Made by a program: the position numbers and the translations under genes
Part shown: positions 1 to 11,602 of the stretch, one piece after another
Numbering within the stretch: position 1 is the first letter of the stretch
How the letters are laid out: each line of letters starts with the position of its first letter
Assembly (NCBI GenBank): GCA_000166095.1
Contig: CP002278.1
Span: forward strand, 630,001 to 662,000
DNA length: 32,000 nucleotides
Reading direction: 5' to 3'
Source: Methanothermus fervidus DSM 2088
GTDB lineage: Archaea > Methanobacteriota > Methanobacteria > DSM-2088 > Methanothermaceae
The notes under the pieces: model-generated
The model's input: only the letters and a program-made list of their open reading frames with translations
What the model was told of the DNA's origin: nothing
Database searches by the model: none

Positions 1-6
1 TCTTAA

Positions 7-432
7 TTACCTCACTGGTTTTTCTTTTCTACCTCTAACTAATTCTTGCAATGAAACTCCATTGACTTTAACGACTTTCCATCTTACTCCAGGTATATCA
101 CCCATCGCTCTTCCTTCTGGTCCTCCTATTCCTTCCACTATCACCTCATCATGTTCATCTATGTAATTGATAGCACCGTCACCTGGAGCAAAAGCTGTTA
201 TTTGTTTTCCATTTTTGATTAGCTGCACTCTTACACATTTCCTAATAGCTGAGTTTGGCTGTTTTGCTTCAATTCCTACTTTTTCGATGACAATGCCTCT
301 TGCTTGAGGTGCCCCCTCTAAAGGATCTGCTTTAACATCTAAACGTAACATCCTTCTCTTATAATGTTTATCTTTCCATCTAAATTTTTTTCTGTTTGCT
401 TTGAGTTTTCTGGCTGCAAATAGCCCTGGCAT
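7..432 (-). CDS. rps12: 30S ribosomal protein S12 (uS12)
   Basis: 141 aa ORF with typical archaeal S12 sequence ([38 protein letters not shown]); end of the RNAP operon. Confidence 0.98.
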   Translation of the reverse strand: MPGLFAARKLKANRKKFRWKDKHYKRRMLRLDVKADPLEGAPQARGIVIEKVGIEAKQPNSAIRKCVRVQLIKNGKQITAFAPGDGAINYIDEHDEVIVEGIGGPEGRAMGDIPGVRWKVVKVNGVSLQELVRGRKEKPVR

Positions 433-443
433 TTTTACTCCTC

Positions 444-875
444 CTATTTCACTATTATGTTACTTATGTTGTGATGTCTCTTTGCCAGTATTTTAGCTCT
501 TTTAATATTTTGGCCACCTTTACCTATTATAATTCTTTTGTTTCTTGCATCGGCCTTAACTGTAGCTATTTTTTCACCATTTTCTTTTTGTAAAATTCTT
601 ATACTTTTTAATTTAGCGGGAGATAAGATGTTTGAAATAAATTCCACTGGATCGTCAGAATGTTCTAAAACTTCGACACCTTTATCTAAGGTTTTCCTAA
701 CTTTAGCTATAGTACTACCTCTTCTACCTATTGCTAATCCCATATCTCCTTTTTTTACTAAAAACGTTACTTTTCCACGTTTTTCATCTATAATACAATC
801 TTTTACTGCAGCACCAGTTAGGCTTTCAAACAAGGCTATATATCTTATTTCATCTGTTGTGAATTTTATTGTCAC
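444..875 (-). CDS. nusA: NusA-like KH-domain transcription termination/elongation factor (archaeal)
   Basis: 143 aa, two KH motifs ([30 protein letters not shown]); GTG start; conserved position between rpl30e and rps12. Confidence 0.95.
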   Translation of the reverse strand: MTIKFTTDEIRYIALFESLTGAAVKDCIIDEKRGKVTFLVKKGDMGLAIGRRGSTIAKVRKTLDKGVEVLEHSDDPVEFISNILSPAKLKSIRILQKENGEKIATVKADARNKRIIIGKGGQNIKRAKILAKRHHNISNIIVK

Positions 876-879
876 GTGT

Positions 880-1176
880 TTACCCCACCATTTCTAGTAT
901 TGGTGAATCACCAGGATCTTTAATAAGTAAAGCTGCAACAGTAAATGGTTTACCACATACAGCACCTAACTTTACACTACTTCCATTATATATGTATACA
1001 GGTATATTTGAAAGTTTTGCATAATATTTTACATCTTCCATGATTTCATCTGGTGCATTTTTAGCAACTATAACTAATTTACCTTTACCTAATTTTAAGT
1101 TTCTTATTGTTTCCTTAGATCCTAATATCACTTTTCCTGTATCTACCGCCATTCTTATGGATTTTTCGACGTCCAT
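880..1176 (-). CDS. rpl30e: 50S ribosomal protein L30e
   Basis: 98 aa, [25 protein letters not shown] and C-terminal [14 protein letters not shown] typical of archaeal L30e; operon context. Confidence 0.96.
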   Translation of the reverse strand: MDVEKSIRMAVDTGKVILGSKETIRNLKLGKGKLVIVAKNAPDEIMEDVKYYAKLSNIPVYIYNGSSVKLGAVCGKPFTVAALLIKDPGDSPILEMVG

Positions 1177-2334
1177 TTATTTCCTCCTTCCATAATTCTT
1201 TTTCATTACTACTTTAATAGATCCTGTACCTAATGGTATAGGTTGCCCAACAATTACATTTTCAGTTATACCTGCAAGACGGTCCTTTTCTCCCCGCATA
1301 CTTGCTTGAAGTAGATGTTTACTAGTTTCCTCAAATGCAGCTCTTGCAAGTACACTTGCTTTTTCACCACTCACACCATGTCTACCAATTGGTTTAATAG
1401 TGCCGTCTGATGTCATTAAATCTGCCACTAACATTATATGTCTAATATCCACAGTTAAACCTTGTTCCTCTAGTGTGTTCTTTGCTTCCCTTATTATTGC
1501 ATTTCTTGCAGCTTCAATTCCCAATACTTTCTCAATTTCATGTATGTCATTTGTGGTTGTTCTAGTTTTGTCCACGCCATCCATTTTCAAAATTTTAGAA
1601 AGATTAGATCCCTCAGTAACTACTACAAATTCATCTTCTTCTTTTCTTATAACTGCCTTAGTAATATCTTTTATACCGCTTACATGTAATTTTCTAACTT
1701 TATCTGCAAGTAATCTTAAACTTCTTATTGTAGCTTGTCTGGGCTTAAATTTCAATTTATTTCCATTTATTTCTACATCTTTAAATGTCTTTTTTATTTT
1801 TTCCATTATTTTTTTATAATCTAATCCTCTATCTTTTATTTTTTCTTCATCTATTTCTGCATTTACACACATTTCAATATAATCAACACTAAAGTTCTTT
1901 AATACATCCTCAAGGTTTGTTCTGATAATATTGTTACTGAAATTCTTTACAAATTCTTCATCATTTTTCTTATCATCTTCAAAATAAATTGTCATTATAG
2001 GTGTTGATATTTTTTTTCTGGCATCAACAATTTCTATCAATCTAGGGAGACCAAGGGTCACATTAACTTCAGCTACTCCTGCATAATGAAACGTACGCAT
2101 TGTCATTTGTGTTCCAGGTTCTCCAATAGATTGTGCAGCAACCGTACCTACTGCTTCACCTTCCTCAACTTGTGCATTTTTGTATCGTTCTTTGGTTTTT
2201 TCTATAAATTCATCGATTTCTTCTCCTTCCAGTTCATATTTCTTTATTGTTTCTATCATATCATTTATGAGCTTTTCTGGAAGTTCATCGCTGCACTTTT
2301 CCTTAACAATTTCCTCGATGTCCAAAATAATCAC
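1177..2334 (-). CDS. rpoA2: DNA-directed RNA polymerase subunit A'' (Rpo1C)
   Basis: 385 aa; [41 protein letters not shown] and [26 protein letters not shown] motifs. Confidence 0.98.
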   Translation of the reverse strand: MIILDIEEIVKEKCSDELPEKLINDMIETIKKYELEGEEIDEFIEKTKERYKNAQVEEGEAVGTVAAQSIGEPGTQMTMRTFHYAGVAEVNVTLGLPRLIEIVDARKKISTPIMTIYFEDDKKNDEEFVKNFSNNIIRTNLEDVLKNFSVDYIEMCVNAEIDEEKIKDRGLDYKKIMEKIKKTFKDVEINGNKLKFKPRQATIRSLRLLADKVRKLHVSGIKDITKAVIRKEEDEFVVVTEGSNLSKILKMDGVDKTRTTTNDIHEIEKVLGIEAARNAIIREAKNTLEEQGLTVDIRHIMLVADLMTSDGTIKPIGRHGVSGEKASVLARAAFEETSKHLLQASMRGEKDRLAGITENVIVGQPIPLGTGSIKVVMKKNYGRRK

Positions 2335-4947
2335 CTATTTCCCTGCTTTTAATCTAATTTCTTCTGCTAATCTGTCTAGGTCAACGGCCTTTTCATAATC
2401 ACTTTTGGCAGGGTCAACACCATCCTCACCATATTTTCTTTGTATCAATGTTCCACTGCTATCAACGACTTTTCCATTCCTTTCAACGTGTAAATCCTGT
2501 AAGGCATTTATGAGTCTTCTTTGCATGTATCCGCTCTGTGCAGTACGAATTGCAGTGTCTACTAATCCTTCCCTACCTCCCATTGCATGGAAGAAGAATT
2601 CAAGTGGATCAAGACCTTTCCTATAACTGTTATAAACAAAACCTCTTGCCCTGGCACCCATGTCCCCTTTCTTAAAGTGAGGCAATGTTCTTCCATAATA
2701 TCCTCTTTGTACTCGTTCTCCACGGATTGATTGTTGTCCAACACATGCACTCATTTGAGTTAAATTAAGCATTGACCCTCTTGCACCTGTTAATGCCATT
2801 ATCATTGCATGATTTTCATCCATGTCAAGATAACTTTCAGCTATTTCACCTGTTTTATCTCTTGCTTCTCCGAGCACTTGCATTATCCTTGTTTCAAGTG
2901 TTTCTCTCAATGTTCTACCTGGTAATGCTTCTAGTTCTCCATTTTCGTAAGCTTTAATGAGCTGATTAACTTTTTCTTCACTTTTCTTAAGATGTTCCTT
3001 AATTTTTTCTTTGGCTTCTTTAGGTATATCTTCATCTCTTAAACTTGTTGTAAATCCTTTTTTCATTATAACTGCTATGGCTAACTTTGTCACTGCATTT
3101 AAAAACTCACAAGCTTTGTCAGGTCCATATTCTTTCACAATTCTATCTAATATTTTACCTGAAAATGCTCCTATTCCTTTCTCGTCTATAACTCCTGATT
3201 TTAATTCACCATTCTCAATAAGTACATAGGCATCATTTTCACAATTTTTCATTTTACAATCAGGACAATTTTTACATATCTCTGCCCTATATACTAAGTT
3301 TAAGTCATCAGGTAATAAAACACTAAATATTTCTTTTCCTGTCCAATCCCTACCTTTTTTCTTAGGTAATGGAACACCTGCCCTCATTAACATTTGGAAT
3401 ACTTCATCTTCACTAAATTTTGTTCCTTTCTTTGTTAAAAGATAGGCACCGGAAATATGATCGTGAATTGCTCCAATAATTGGTCCGCCAAATCTTGGAG
3501 ATAGTATATGTTCTTGAACCTTCATGAGTGTTTTGGCTTCTGCTTGAGCTTCTTCTGTTTGTAAAACATGTAAATTCATCTCATCTCCATCAAAATCAGC
3601 ATTATATGGTGGACATACACATAAATTCAACCTGAAAGTTTTATATGGCAGCACCTTAACTTCGTGGGCCATCATTGACATTCTGTGAAGTGATGGTTGC
3701 CGGTTAAATAAAACTATATCTCCATCTTTTAGATGTCTCTCTACAATATACCCTGGCTTTAGTTGTTCAAGTATTGCTTCTTTATTTTCTTCGTATATTT
3801 TTATTTTTCGGCCATCTGGTCTTATGACATAATTAGCTCCAGGATGTTTATCAGGACCATTTTTTATGTATTTTTTGACTTCCTCTATATTCCATTCATT
3901 TACCCGGACAGGAACCGTTAATTCTTTTGCAATTATTTCTGGAACTCCAACTTCATTTATACTTAGGTTTGGATCTGGAGATATAACAGTTCTAGCTGAA
4001 AAATTAACTCTTTTTCCTGATAAATTACCTCTAAATCTTCCCTCTTTACCTTTTAGTCTTTGCATCAACGTACGCAATGGCCTACCTGATCTATGTCTAG
4101 CAGGTGGTACGCCTGAAGCTTCATTATTGAAATATGTTACAACATGATATTGAAGTAATTCCCACAAATCTTCAATAATAAGTTCTGGAGCTCCAGCTTC
4201 CATATTTTCCCTTAATCTTTCATTAATTCTCAATATATCAACTAACTTATGTGTGAGGTCATCTTCAGATCTTTCACCAGTTTCTAATGTTATAGATGGT
4301 CTCATCGTAACAGGAGGGACTGGTATAACTGTTAAAACCATATATTCTGGTCGTGCTGCACTTGGGTTTATACCTAATAAATAACAATCCTCGTCTGGAA
4401 TTTTTTCAAGTCTTTCTCTTACTTCAGTAGGAGTAAGTTTATATCCATCTTCTGTTATTGTCACTGGTTTATCTAATTTTATTTCTTTCTGTTTTTCATT
4501 ACAATGAGGACATTCTTCACGTCTAGCAGTTTCATATATTTCCTTAAGTATAGGGTCTATATTCATATCTTTTTTTTCTGCTTGTTTGAGTAAATCATGG
4601 TAATGTTCTATCTCACTTTTTGTGAGTAATATCCTACCACATTTACGACAAGTTGATCTTAATATTTTATGAATTACATCTGCAAATCCCACATGTATAA
4701 CAGGTCTAGCTAATTCAATTCTACCAAAATGGCCAGGACATTGGCCTCCTCGTAATCCACATGTTTTACATCGTAAACTAGGATCTATAACACCTAGACG
4801 TGGATCCATAAGTCCTCCTTCAATCGGATAACCATCTTCATCGTAAGTATCAGGAGTATCTATTTTAACTACTGATAAATTTCTTATTTCTTCTGGAGAC
4901 ATTAATGTAAATTCTATTTCTTTAATTTTTTTCAATGTTCCAATCAC
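2335..4947 (-). CDS. rpoA1: DNA-directed RNA polymerase subunit A' (Rpo1N)
   Basis: 870 aa; catalytic PYNADFDGDEMNLHVLQTEEA and zinc-binding motifs; no intein-like insertion seen. Confidence 0.98.
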   Translation of the reverse strand: MIGTLKKIKEIEFTLMSPEEIRNLSVVKIDTPDTYDEDGYPIEGGLMDPRLGVIDPSLRCKTCGLRGGQCPGHFGRIELARPVIHVGFADVIHKILRSTCRKCGRILLTKSEIEHYHDLLKQAEKKDMNIDPILKEIYETARREECPHCNEKQKEIKLDKPVTITEDGYKLTPTEVRERLEKIPDEDCYLLGINPSAARPEYMVLTVIPVPPVTMRPSITLETGERSEDDLTHKLVDILRINERLRENMEAGAPELIIEDLWELLQYHVVTYFNNEASGVPPARHRSGRPLRTLMQRLKGKEGRFRGNLSGKRVNFSARTVISPDPNLSINEVGVPEIIAKELTVPVRVNEWNIEEVKKYIKNGPDKHPGANYVIRPDGRKIKIYEENKEAILEQLKPGYIVERHLKDGDIVLFNRQPSLHRMSMMAHEVKVLPYKTFRLNLCVCPPYNADFDGDEMNLHVLQTEEAQAEAKTLMKVQEHILSPRFGGPIIGAIHDHISGAYLLTKKGTKFSEDEVFQMLMRAGVPLPKKKGRDWTGKEIFSVLLPDDLNLVYRAEICKNCPDCKMKNCENDAYVLIENGELKSGVIDEKGIGAFSGKILDRIVKEYGPDKACEFLNAVTKLAIAVIMKKGFTTSLRDEDIPKEAKEKIKEHLKKSEEKVNQLIKAYENGELEALPGRTLRETLETRIMQVLGEARDKTGEIAESYLDMDENHAMIMALTGARGSMLNLTQMSACVGQQSIRGERVQRGYYGRTLPHFKKGDMGARARGFVYNSYRKGLDPLEFFFHAMGGREGLVDTAIRTAQSGYMQRRLINALQDLHVERNGKVVDSSGTLIQRKYGEDGVDPAKSDYEKAVDLDRLAEEIRLKAGK

Positions 4948-4963
4948 GTATTTCTCTCCCCTA

Positions 4964-6778
4964 TTAACTTTTGTCTTCTAATCTAAGTCTGGGGAAAATG
5001 CATAAACTTCTTAATTCATCTAAAAGTAATTTAAATGCATATGACATTTCAACAGGGTAAATATCAGATTTATCACCACAAAGTGGACAATAAGTTTTAT
5101 CATGTATTTTATCGTAAACTGCAAGCATTCCACATTTGTCACATACCAATGCCTCATATTTATCAGATTCGTCAAGCAATCTCTCTTTCAATGTCAATGC
5201 TGCGCCATGAGCTATTAAGCAGTCTCTTTCCATTTCACCAAATCTTAAACCACCTTCTCTTGCTCTACCTTCGGTAGGTTGTCTAGTGAGTATTTGAACA
5301 GGTCCTCTTGATCTAGCATAAACCTTATCTGCGGTCATGTGATGTAACTTCTGATAATATACTACTCCCACAAAAATCTCTGCTTCTATTTTTTCACCAG
5401 TCATTCCATTGTACATGGCTTCTAAACCTTCGCTTTCAAAACCATATTTCTTTAATACGTGTTTAATTTCTTCTTCTTTTTCACCAGTGAATGGCGTGCC
5501 ATCAATTCTTCTTCCTTCAAAACATGCTCCTTTACCTAGCAACATCTCCAACATTTGTCCTACTGACATTCGTGAAGGAATAGCATGTGGATTAATTATT
5601 AAATCAGGGACAAGCCCATCTTCAGTGAATGGCATGTCTTCCTCTGGAACTATTAATCCTATTACTCCCTTCTGCCCATGTCTTGAAGCAAATTTGTCTC
5701 CTAACTCTGGAACCCTCCCATCCCTGACTTTAACTTTCACTAATTTATTTCCTTCACTGCTTTCAGTTAATATTACTGTATCTACTACTCCCTTTTCTCC
5801 TGGACGGACAGTGACTGAGCTTTCTCTTCTTCTATCACTAACAGTGCCAAATTCATCTATTTCTCCCAAAAAGCGTGGTGGGGATGTTTTACCTATTAAG
5901 ACATCACCTTGTGAAACTTCGGTACCAGGATTTATAATACCATCTTCGTCTAAATGTCTATAACTATCCTCTGATCTATAACCTCTTATGCCTTTTTTTG
6001 GAATTTCAAACTTGTCTTCTTGTCCACCAGGATATCTTCTCTCTGATGACTCATAAGTTCTAAAGAAGAATGAACGTGCCAATCCTCTTTCAACAGCAGA
6101 TTTATTTATGATTAATGCATCTTCCATATTATAACCTTCATAGGATAAGACTGCGACAACAAAATTTTGGCCAGCTGGCATTTTGTCATATTCATTTATA
6201 TCCATAATTCTAGTTCTCACCAATGGTATTTGTGGATAAAACAATAGATGAGATCTTGTATCAGTTCTATATTTATAGTTAGATGCATAAATACCTAAAG
6301 CTTGTTTAGCCATGGCTGCTTCCATAGTATTCCTTGGTGAAGAATTGTGATTTGCATATGGAATTAATCCCGCTGATACTCCAAACATTACTGCTGGATC
6401 TATTTCTAAATGTGTATGTTCCTCTGTAAGCTCATCTTCAGATATAGCTATGTAAGCATTTTCTTCTTCCTCAGCATCCAGATATTCTATAACCCCTTCT
6501 TTTATTAAATCATTCCACGTAATTTCTCCATTTCTTAATTTTTCAATATGTTCTTTTGTTAATTTAGGTTTTCCATTCTCGACAACAATAAGTGGCCTTC
6601 TAACTCTACCAGGATCTGTAAAAATCAAAACTTCATTATTTTCTGGATGATATGCAATATTTACTTCATGGGAGATCTTTCCTTCTCTTCTTTTCTTTCT
6701 TATCTCTTCTACAAACTTTTCAGGGTCTTTACAGGTACCTACAAGTTCTCCATTTAAATATATTTTTGTCTTTTTCAT
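4964..6778 (-). CDS. rpoB1: DNA-directed RNA polymerase subunit B' (C-terminal half of B)
   Basis: 604 aa; [58 protein letters not shown] motifs. Confidence 0.98.
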   Translation of the reverse strand: MKKTKIYLNGELVGTCKDPEKFVEEIRKKRREGKISHEVNIAYHPENNEVLIFTDPGRVRRPLIVVENGKPKLTKEHIEKLRNGEITWNDLIKEGVIEYLDAEEEENAYIAISEDELTEEHTHLEIDPAVMFGVSAGLIPYANHNSSPRNTMEAAMAKQALGIYASNYKYRTDTRSHLLFYPQIPLVRTRIMDINEYDKMPAGQNFVVAVLSYEGYNMEDALIINKSAVERGLARSFFFRTYESSERRYPGGQEDKFEIPKKGIRGYRSEDSYRHLDEDGIINPGTEVSQGDVLIGKTSPPRFLGEIDEFGTVSDRRRESSVTVRPGEKGVVDTVILTESSEGNKLVKVKVRDGRVPELGDKFASRHGQKGVIGLIVPEEDMPFTEDGLVPDLIINPHAIPSRMSVGQMLEMLLGKGACFEGRRIDGTPFTGEKEEEIKHVLKKYGFESEGLEAMYNGMTGEKIEAEIFVGVVYYQKLHHMTADKVYARSRGPVQILTRQPTEGRAREGGLRFGEMERDCLIAHGAALTLKERLLDESDKYEALVCDKCGMLAVYDKIHDKTYCPLCGDKSDIYPVEMSYAFKLLLDELRSLCIFPRLRLEDKS

Positions 6779-6791
6779 GTGATAGCCCTAC

Positions 6792-8333
6792 CTATATTTC
6801 TTCAACTAATTTTGAACTTTTTATGATTTTTTCGACTTCTTTTGCATCAGTTCCTTCTGAAATTCTGGCCATTAATGCTAAATTTTTAACTAACCCACAA
6901 TTTGGGCCTTCTGGTGTTTCAATTGGACAAATTCTTCCAAATTGTGTGGCATGTAAATCTCTGGCTTCAAAGTGTGGTTGACTTCTACTTAATGGTGACA
7001 CTACTCTTCTAAGATGAGATAAACTTGCTATATGATTTGTCCTGTCCAAAAGTTGGCTTACACCTACTCTGCCACCTACCCAATTTCCTGTTGCGATTGC
7101 ATGTTTTATGTTTTCTGTTAATACATCAGGTCTAACTGCTTGTCTTATAGAAGGTTTCTTACGCCTTGTTAAATTTCGTTCTATTTGATATGCCATGTCT
7201 CTGATTAGACCTGTAAATGCAACCCTGAACAAGTCCTCCATTAAATCTCCAGATGTTTTTAAGCGTTTGTTAGCATAATGGTCCTTATCATGAGGTTCTC
7301 TTTCACCAAAAACAACCTGTAATGTCATTTCAGCCATTTCACATAAATATATGGCTTTTTTGATTCTATCTTCAGGTTTAACTCCAATATGAGGTAATAA
7401 ATAATTATCTATTACATCTTCAGCTCTGCTTATTCTATATTCTTCAGCCATTCCTCCGGCAACGCGATTTCCAATATATCTTAATGCACTTTCTATTAGA
7501 TATTTTCTGTTTTCTTCTTCTGACGCTTTGTTTAATTTTTCTTTGTCTAATCTCAAGGAATCTTCCACAATTTGTAAATCATCTGCAACTATTATTTGAT
7601 AATTGAAATCTTCTGAAATATTTGTGATTATTTCTTCATCAGTTGCTAATCCTAATGCTCTCAACAACACTACAAGTGGTATTTCACCAGGAACATATGG
7701 GAAAGATACTCTAAGATAAACACCGGTTTTTCTAGGTTTTTTGTATTCTAAGGTTAATCTTGACCTAAAACCTTTTCTAACAGAAGTCACAACTGATTTT
7801 ACTCTTTCTTTTTCTTCATCTTTTTCAATTATAACTTTATTTGGAGCTATCTCTTCTATACTTACCAAAACTCTTTCAGATCCGTTTATGATGAAATATC
7901 CACCAGGATCGTTTGGATCTTCACCGACTTCTATTAATTCCTTCTTACTTAAACCATTTAAATGGCAAATATCAGATTTTAACATTACAGGTAATTCACC
8001 GATATATACTTCTTCAAACGAAGGTCTTTTCCCAGATTTACTAAGTCCCATCTCTAAAAATAGATGTGCTGCATATGTGAGATTTCTCAAACGTGCTTCC
8101 ATTGGATATATTTTACTTTTAGATCCATCAGCTTCAGTTATATATGGCTTCTCAATTTTTAATTCTCCAATCTCTATTTCGTACTCGCCCTCACCAAGTT
8201 CTGGTATTTCTACTTCATCAATTATTTTCTGTAGTCTTCGATTAACAAAATCATTGTAAGAGTCTATATGATGGTCAACCAATGAATGTTCGTCAAAAAA
8301 CGCTTCTACTAACTCCCATTTATCATTTTTCAT
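6792..8333 (-). CDS. rpoB2: DNA-directed RNA polymerase subunit B'' (N-terminal half of B)
   Basis: 513 aa; IINGSERVLVSIEEIAPNK, SHLRRVVSPLSRSQPHFEARDLHATQFGRICPIETPEGPNCGL. Confidence 0.98.
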   Translation of the reverse strand: MKNDKWELVEAFFDEHSLVDHHIDSYNDFVNRRLQKIIDEVEIPELGEGEYEIEIGELKIEKPYITEADGSKSKIYPMEARLRNLTYAAHLFLEMGLSKSGKRPSFEEVYIGELPVMLKSDICHLNGLSKKELIEVGEDPNDPGGYFIINGSERVLVSIEEIAPNKVIIEKDEEKERVKSVVTSVRKGFRSRLTLEYKKPRKTGVYLRVSFPYVPGEIPLVVLLRALGLATDEEIITNISEDFNYQIIVADDLQIVEDSLRLDKEKLNKASEEENRKYLIESALRYIGNRVAGGMAEEYRISRAEDVIDNYLLPHIGVKPEDRIKKAIYLCEMAEMTLQVVFGEREPHDKDHYANKRLKTSGDLMEDLFRVAFTGLIRDMAYQIERNLTRRKKPSIRQAVRPDVLTENIKHAIATGNWVGGRVGVSQLLDRTNHIASLSHLRRVVSPLSRSQPHFEARDLHATQFGRICPIETPEGPNCGLVKNLALMARISEGTDAKEVEKIIKSSKLVEEI

Positions 8334-8353
8334 AAATTTCCCCCTAGAAGAAA

Positions 8354-8593
8354 CTATCCTTCAACCACAAGCCTATATGTTACAAATTTTCCAGCAGTTG
8401 GACTTTTCCGAATTATTTTTATTATATCTCCTGCTTTTGCACCTATAACTTTTACAACAGGATCACTAGTTCTTATTTTAGGCAGTTTTTCAGCGTCAAT
8501 GTTTAAGTCTTTGAGCACTTTCTTTGCTTCAGACTTCGACAAAACAACGTGTTTGGGCACAAGTTCATGTTTTAATATATCTTTATTTACCAC
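8354..8593 (-). CDS. rpoH: DNA-directed RNA polymerase subunit H (Rpo5)
   Basis: 79 aa; [19 protein letters not shown]...[32 protein letters not shown]; GTG start with upstream GGAGG. Confidence 0.97.
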   Translation of the reverse strand: MVNKDILKHELVPKHVVLSKSEAKKVLKDLNIDAEKLPKIRTSDPVVKVIGAKAGDIIKIIRKSPTAGKFVTYRLVVEG

Positions 8594-8630
8594 ATCATAT
8601 CCTCCAAAAATTTCAAATAAAAAGAGAGAG

Positions 8631-8704
8631 CGGGCCCGACGGGATTTGAACCCGCGACTACTTGGTTAAAAGCCAAGCGCTCTACCAGACTGAGCTACGG
8701 GCCC
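8631..8704 (-). tRNA. tRNA-Lys (anticodon TTT)
   Basis: Cloverleaf read by hand: acceptor GGGCCCG/CGGGCCC, anticodon arm CTTGG-CTTTTAA-CCAAG, T arm GCGGG-TTCAAAT-CCCGT; no encoded CCA. Confidence 0.96.
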
Positions 8705-8709
8705 AAGTG

Positions 8710-8782
<73 letters not shown>

Positions 8783-8837
8783 AGGTGAGTAGATAAAAAC
8801 TCATGTTAGTGTCCAAATAGTTTGGTATGGTAGCCAT

Positions 8838-8861
8838 CAATATATAAATATTTCGGTTTTA
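8838..8861 (-). promoter_or_regulatory. Predicted archaeal BRE/TATA promoter for tRNA-Asp/tRNA-Lys (and possibly rpoH operon)
   Basis: Minus strand reads AAAACCGAAATATTTATATATTG, a BRE (CCGAAA) plus TATA (TTTATATA), about 60 bp upstream of tRNA-Asp. Confidence 0.7.
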
Positions 8862-8885
8862 TGAATGTGTTAAAGAGATTTTTTA

Positions 8886-8960
8886 TGGGGCCACCCGGAT
8901 TTGAACCGGGGTCTCAGGCTCCCAAAGCCCAAAGGATAGACCAGGCTACCCTATGGCCCC
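8886..8960 (-). tRNA. tRNA-Pro (anticodon TGG)
   Basis: Acceptor GGGGCCA/TGGCCCC, anticodon arm TGGGC-TTTGGGA-GCCTG, T arm CCCGG-TTCAAAT-CCGGG. Confidence 0.94.
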
Positions 8961-8990
8961 TTTAACTCAATTATGAAATTTAAAGTTCAA

Positions 8991-9063
<73 letters not shown>

Positions 9064-9094
9064 ACATGAAAGCTAATGGATAGATTAGATAAAA

Positions 9095-9120
9095 CCATAT
9101 TTATATTTTTCGATTTTATA
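9095..9120 (-). promoter_or_regulatory. Predicted archaeal BRE/TATA promoter for tRNA-Thr/tRNA-Pro
   Basis: Minus strand TATAAAATCGAAAAATATAAATATGG, BRE/TATA centred about 35-40 bp upstream of the tRNA-Thr 5' end. Confidence 0.7.
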
Positions 9121-9213
9121 AATAATAAATAAAATTTAATTCTTAATACAATTTTTAACAACTGGAAAATTCGATGCAAAAAAATTAAGAAAACATTTTT
9201 TTAACATTATTAT

Positions 9214-10314
9214 ATGAAATTCTATGTAACATTTCCTCCAGGATTAGAAGAAGTTGTTAAACAAGAACTTCAAAATTGTTATAAAGTTAAAATAGAAAAA
9301 GCGGAAAGAGGTAGAGTTTATTTTAGAGGCAGTGAAAAATTAATACCTGATTTAAATTATTGGGGAAGATACTGGGAAAGGGTTGTATGGTTGTTACATA
9401 AAGACGAAGTTAAAGATTTAGAAGAAATATATAAAAAAGTTAGAAGTATTGATTTTTCATTCATTAAACCTAATCAATCTTTTGCAATTAGAAGTAAAAG
9501 GTTCGGAGAACATGATTTCACATCTATGGACATAGCTAGGGTTGCAGGACAGGCTGTAATTGACAGTTATTTATCATCAAAAAACAAACGTTTAGAAGTG
9601 AATTTAGATGAGCCAGACGTAATAGTAAGGGTGGAATTAATAGATAATTTATTGCTTGTTGGAATTGACACAACAGGAGATGATGGGTTACATAAAAGAG
9701 GATATAGAATATATCAACATCCAGCACCATTAAATCCAGTTATAGCAGCTTCAATGGTGAAAATTTCTTCTTGGAAAATAAATGAGACTCTTGTTGACCC
9801 TATGTGTGGAAGTGGCACAATACTTGTTGAAGCAGCATTTATAGGTAAAAATATTCCACCAGGACATCTCAGAGATTTTGCATACAAAAAATTATTTGAT
9901 ATGGAACCCACACAAAAGAAAATACGTGAAGTAGATTTAAATTTGATTGGCATAGAAAAATTTAAAAAGCATGTAGAGGGTTGTAAAAAAATTGTAAAAA
10001 ATCTAGGGTTAGATATAAAAATTTTTCAAGGTGAAGCTGAAAGAATGCATGAATATGTTGAAAATGTAGATGTGATAGTTACAAACCCACCATACGGGCT
10101 AAGAATTGGAAGAAAATATATTACAAAGAAATTATATAAAGATTTTTTAAAAGAGGCTTATAATATTCTTCCATCTCATGGTAGAATTGTTTTTATAACA
10201 CCTATGAAAAGATTTATGAGAAAAATAGCAAATAAAATTGGATATGATATTAATAAAGAAATAAAAATTGAATATGGTAAGTTACCTGCAAGTATATTTT
10301 TGCTGAAATGCTAG
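9214..10314 (+). CDS. THUMP-domain SAM-dependent RNA methyltransferase, likely tRNA (guanine-6-N2)-methyltransferase Trm14-like
   Basis: 366 aa; N-terminal FPPGLEEVVKQEL (THUMP), LVDPMCGSGTILVEAAF and VITNPPYGLRIG (N2-G methyltransferase NPPY motif). Confidence 0.85.
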   Translation: MKFYVTFPPGLEEVVKQELQNCYKVKIEKAERGRVYFRGSEKLIPDLNYWGRYWERVVWLLHKDEVKDLEEIYKKVRSIDFSFIKPNQSFAIRSKRFGEHDFTSMDIARVAGQAVIDSYLSSKNKRLEVNLDEPDVIVRVELIDNLLLVGIDTTGDDGLHKRGYRIYQHPAPLNPVIAASMVKISSWKINETLVDPMCGSGTILVEAAFIGKNIPPGHLRDFAYKKLFDMEPTQKKIREVDLNLIGIEKFKKHVEGCKKIVKNLGLDIKIFQGEAERMHEYVENVDVIVTNPPYGLRIGRKYITKKLYKDFLKEAYNILPSHGRIVFITPMKRFMRKIANKIGYDINKEIKIEYGKLPASIFLLKC

Positions 10315-11094
10315 GTGTTAAAATTGATACCAAAGACACATCCAAGGTACAAATCTTTGATGTTAAGAGAAAAAATAATAGATGGGTGGAAGAAAGGTAT
10401 AGTGGCAACTGCAGGATTAATAGCTCATGGAAGAGGAGAAGCTTTTGATTACATGTTAGGTGAAAAAACTACTCTTCCTGCTAAAAAAGCTATCAAAGCT
10501 GCTGCAGCATCATTGCTACTTTCAAAGAATCCAGTGATATCTGTAAATGGAAACACTGCAGCTTTATCTGCTAAAGATGTTGTAAAATTAGCAGAAGTAA
10601 TAGGTGGAAAAATAGAAGTTAATTTATTCCATAGAACGGTAAAAAGAGCTAGAAAAATAAAAAAAATATTAATGAAGGCAGGAGCTAAGGAAGTACTTGG
10701 AATAGATGAAAAACTAAAACACATTGACGTTGATAGTAATAGATCTACTGCAAGTCCTCATGGTATATATAATGCAGATACAGTTTTAGTGCCTTTAGAA
10801 GATGGAGATAGAACTGAAGCATTGGTTAAAAGTGGAAAAACTGTAATAGCTATAGATTTAAATCCTCTTTCCAGAACTTCACAAACAGCAACGATAAGCA
10901 TAGTTGATAATATAGTTCGTGCACTACCAAAATTATATGAAGAAGTTGTAAAATTAAAAAATAAAAATAAAGAAGAATTAAAAGAAATCATTGAAAAGTT
11001 CGATAACAAAAAAAATCTAGAGGAGGTGCTTAAGTTAATTGAAATTGAGAGATATAAAAGTCATAGGAGTAGTAGGACTTCCAGGAGCAGGTAA
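10315..11094 (+). CDS. 4-phosphopantoate--beta-alanine ligase (archaeal phosphopantothenate synthetase, COG1701 family)
   Basis: 259 aa; [46 protein letters not shown] and [14 protein letters not shown] typical; GTG start abutting the preceding stop. Confidence 0.9.
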   Translation: MLKLIPKTHPRYKSLMLREKIIDGWKKGIVATAGLIAHGRGEAFDYMLGEKTTLPAKKAIKAAAASLLLSKNPVISVNGNTAALSAKDVVKLAEVIGGKIEVNLFHRTVKRARKIKKILMKAGAKEVLGIDEKLKHIDVDSNRSTASPHGIYNADTVLVPLEDGDRTEALVKSGKTVIAIDLNPLSRTSQTATISIVDNIVRALPKLYEEVVKLKNKNKEELKEIIEKFDNKKNLEEVLKLIEIERYKSHRSSRTSRSR

Positions 11095-11602
11095 GGGTGT
11101 TGTATCGCACATAGCTGAAGACTATGGAATCAAGGTTGTAAGAATGGGGGATGTTATTAGAGAAGAAGCAAAAAAGATGAATGAGAGTTTGGGAACAGCA
11201 TCTATAAAATTAAGAGAAAAATATGGGAAAAACGTTGTAGCTGAAATTTGTATTGAAAAAATAAAGGAACATTATTCTAGACATGGTAATGGTGTTTATC
11301 TTGTGGAAGGTGTGAGAAGTCCTGCAGAAGTTAAAACCTTTAAAAAACATTTTCCAAAATTTAGACTTTTATCTATTTTTGCAACGCCTAAAACAAGGTT
11401 TAAACGTTTAAAGAAAAGAAATAGAGCCGATGATGCTGATAAATTCTCAAAATTTGAAAAAAGGGATAAAAGAGAGTTAGAATTTGGAATAGGCAGTGTA
11501 ATTGCAACATCTGACTATATGATAGTTAATGAAGGACCATTATGGAAATTTAGAGAACATGTGAAAAAAATTTTAGAGAAGTGGTTAGACGATGAATGGT
11601 GA
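11039..11602 (+). CDS. UPF0200-type P-loop nucleotide kinase-like protein (COG0237-related)
   Basis: 187 aa; P-loop [31 protein letters not shown]; TTG start preceded by AGGAGGTG at about 11021-11028. Confidence 0.8.
   Translation: MKLRDIKVIGVVGLPGAGKGVVSHIAEDYGIKVVRMGDVIREEAKKMNESLGTASIKLREKYGKNVVAEICIEKIKEHYSRHGNGVYLVEGVRSPAEVKTFKKHFPKFRLLSIFATPKTRFKRLKKRNRADDADKFSKFEKRDKRELEFGIGSVIATSDYMIVNEGPLWKFREHVKKILEKWLDDEW

Noticed and set aside
538-8259. Plus-strand ORFs of 60-184 aa (for example 538-897, 1400-1819, 5409-5963, 7741-8259) opposite the RNAP genes
   Set aside because: Low-complexity hydrophobic/Ser-rich translations antisense to highly conserved RNAP genes, with no family resemblance; typical shadow ORFs.
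2335-8333. RNA polymerase A and B subunits each split in two, possible frameshifts or assembly errors
   Set aside because: A'/A'' and B'/B'' splits are normal in many euryarchaea and all four genes are full length with own starts.
10315-11094. Possible frameshift at the 3' end of the phosphopantothenate synthetase gene
   Set aside because: The downstream gene has its own strong Shine-Dalgarno and a complete P-loop N-terminus, so a natural overlap is the simpler explanation, although it is kept as a finding to check.
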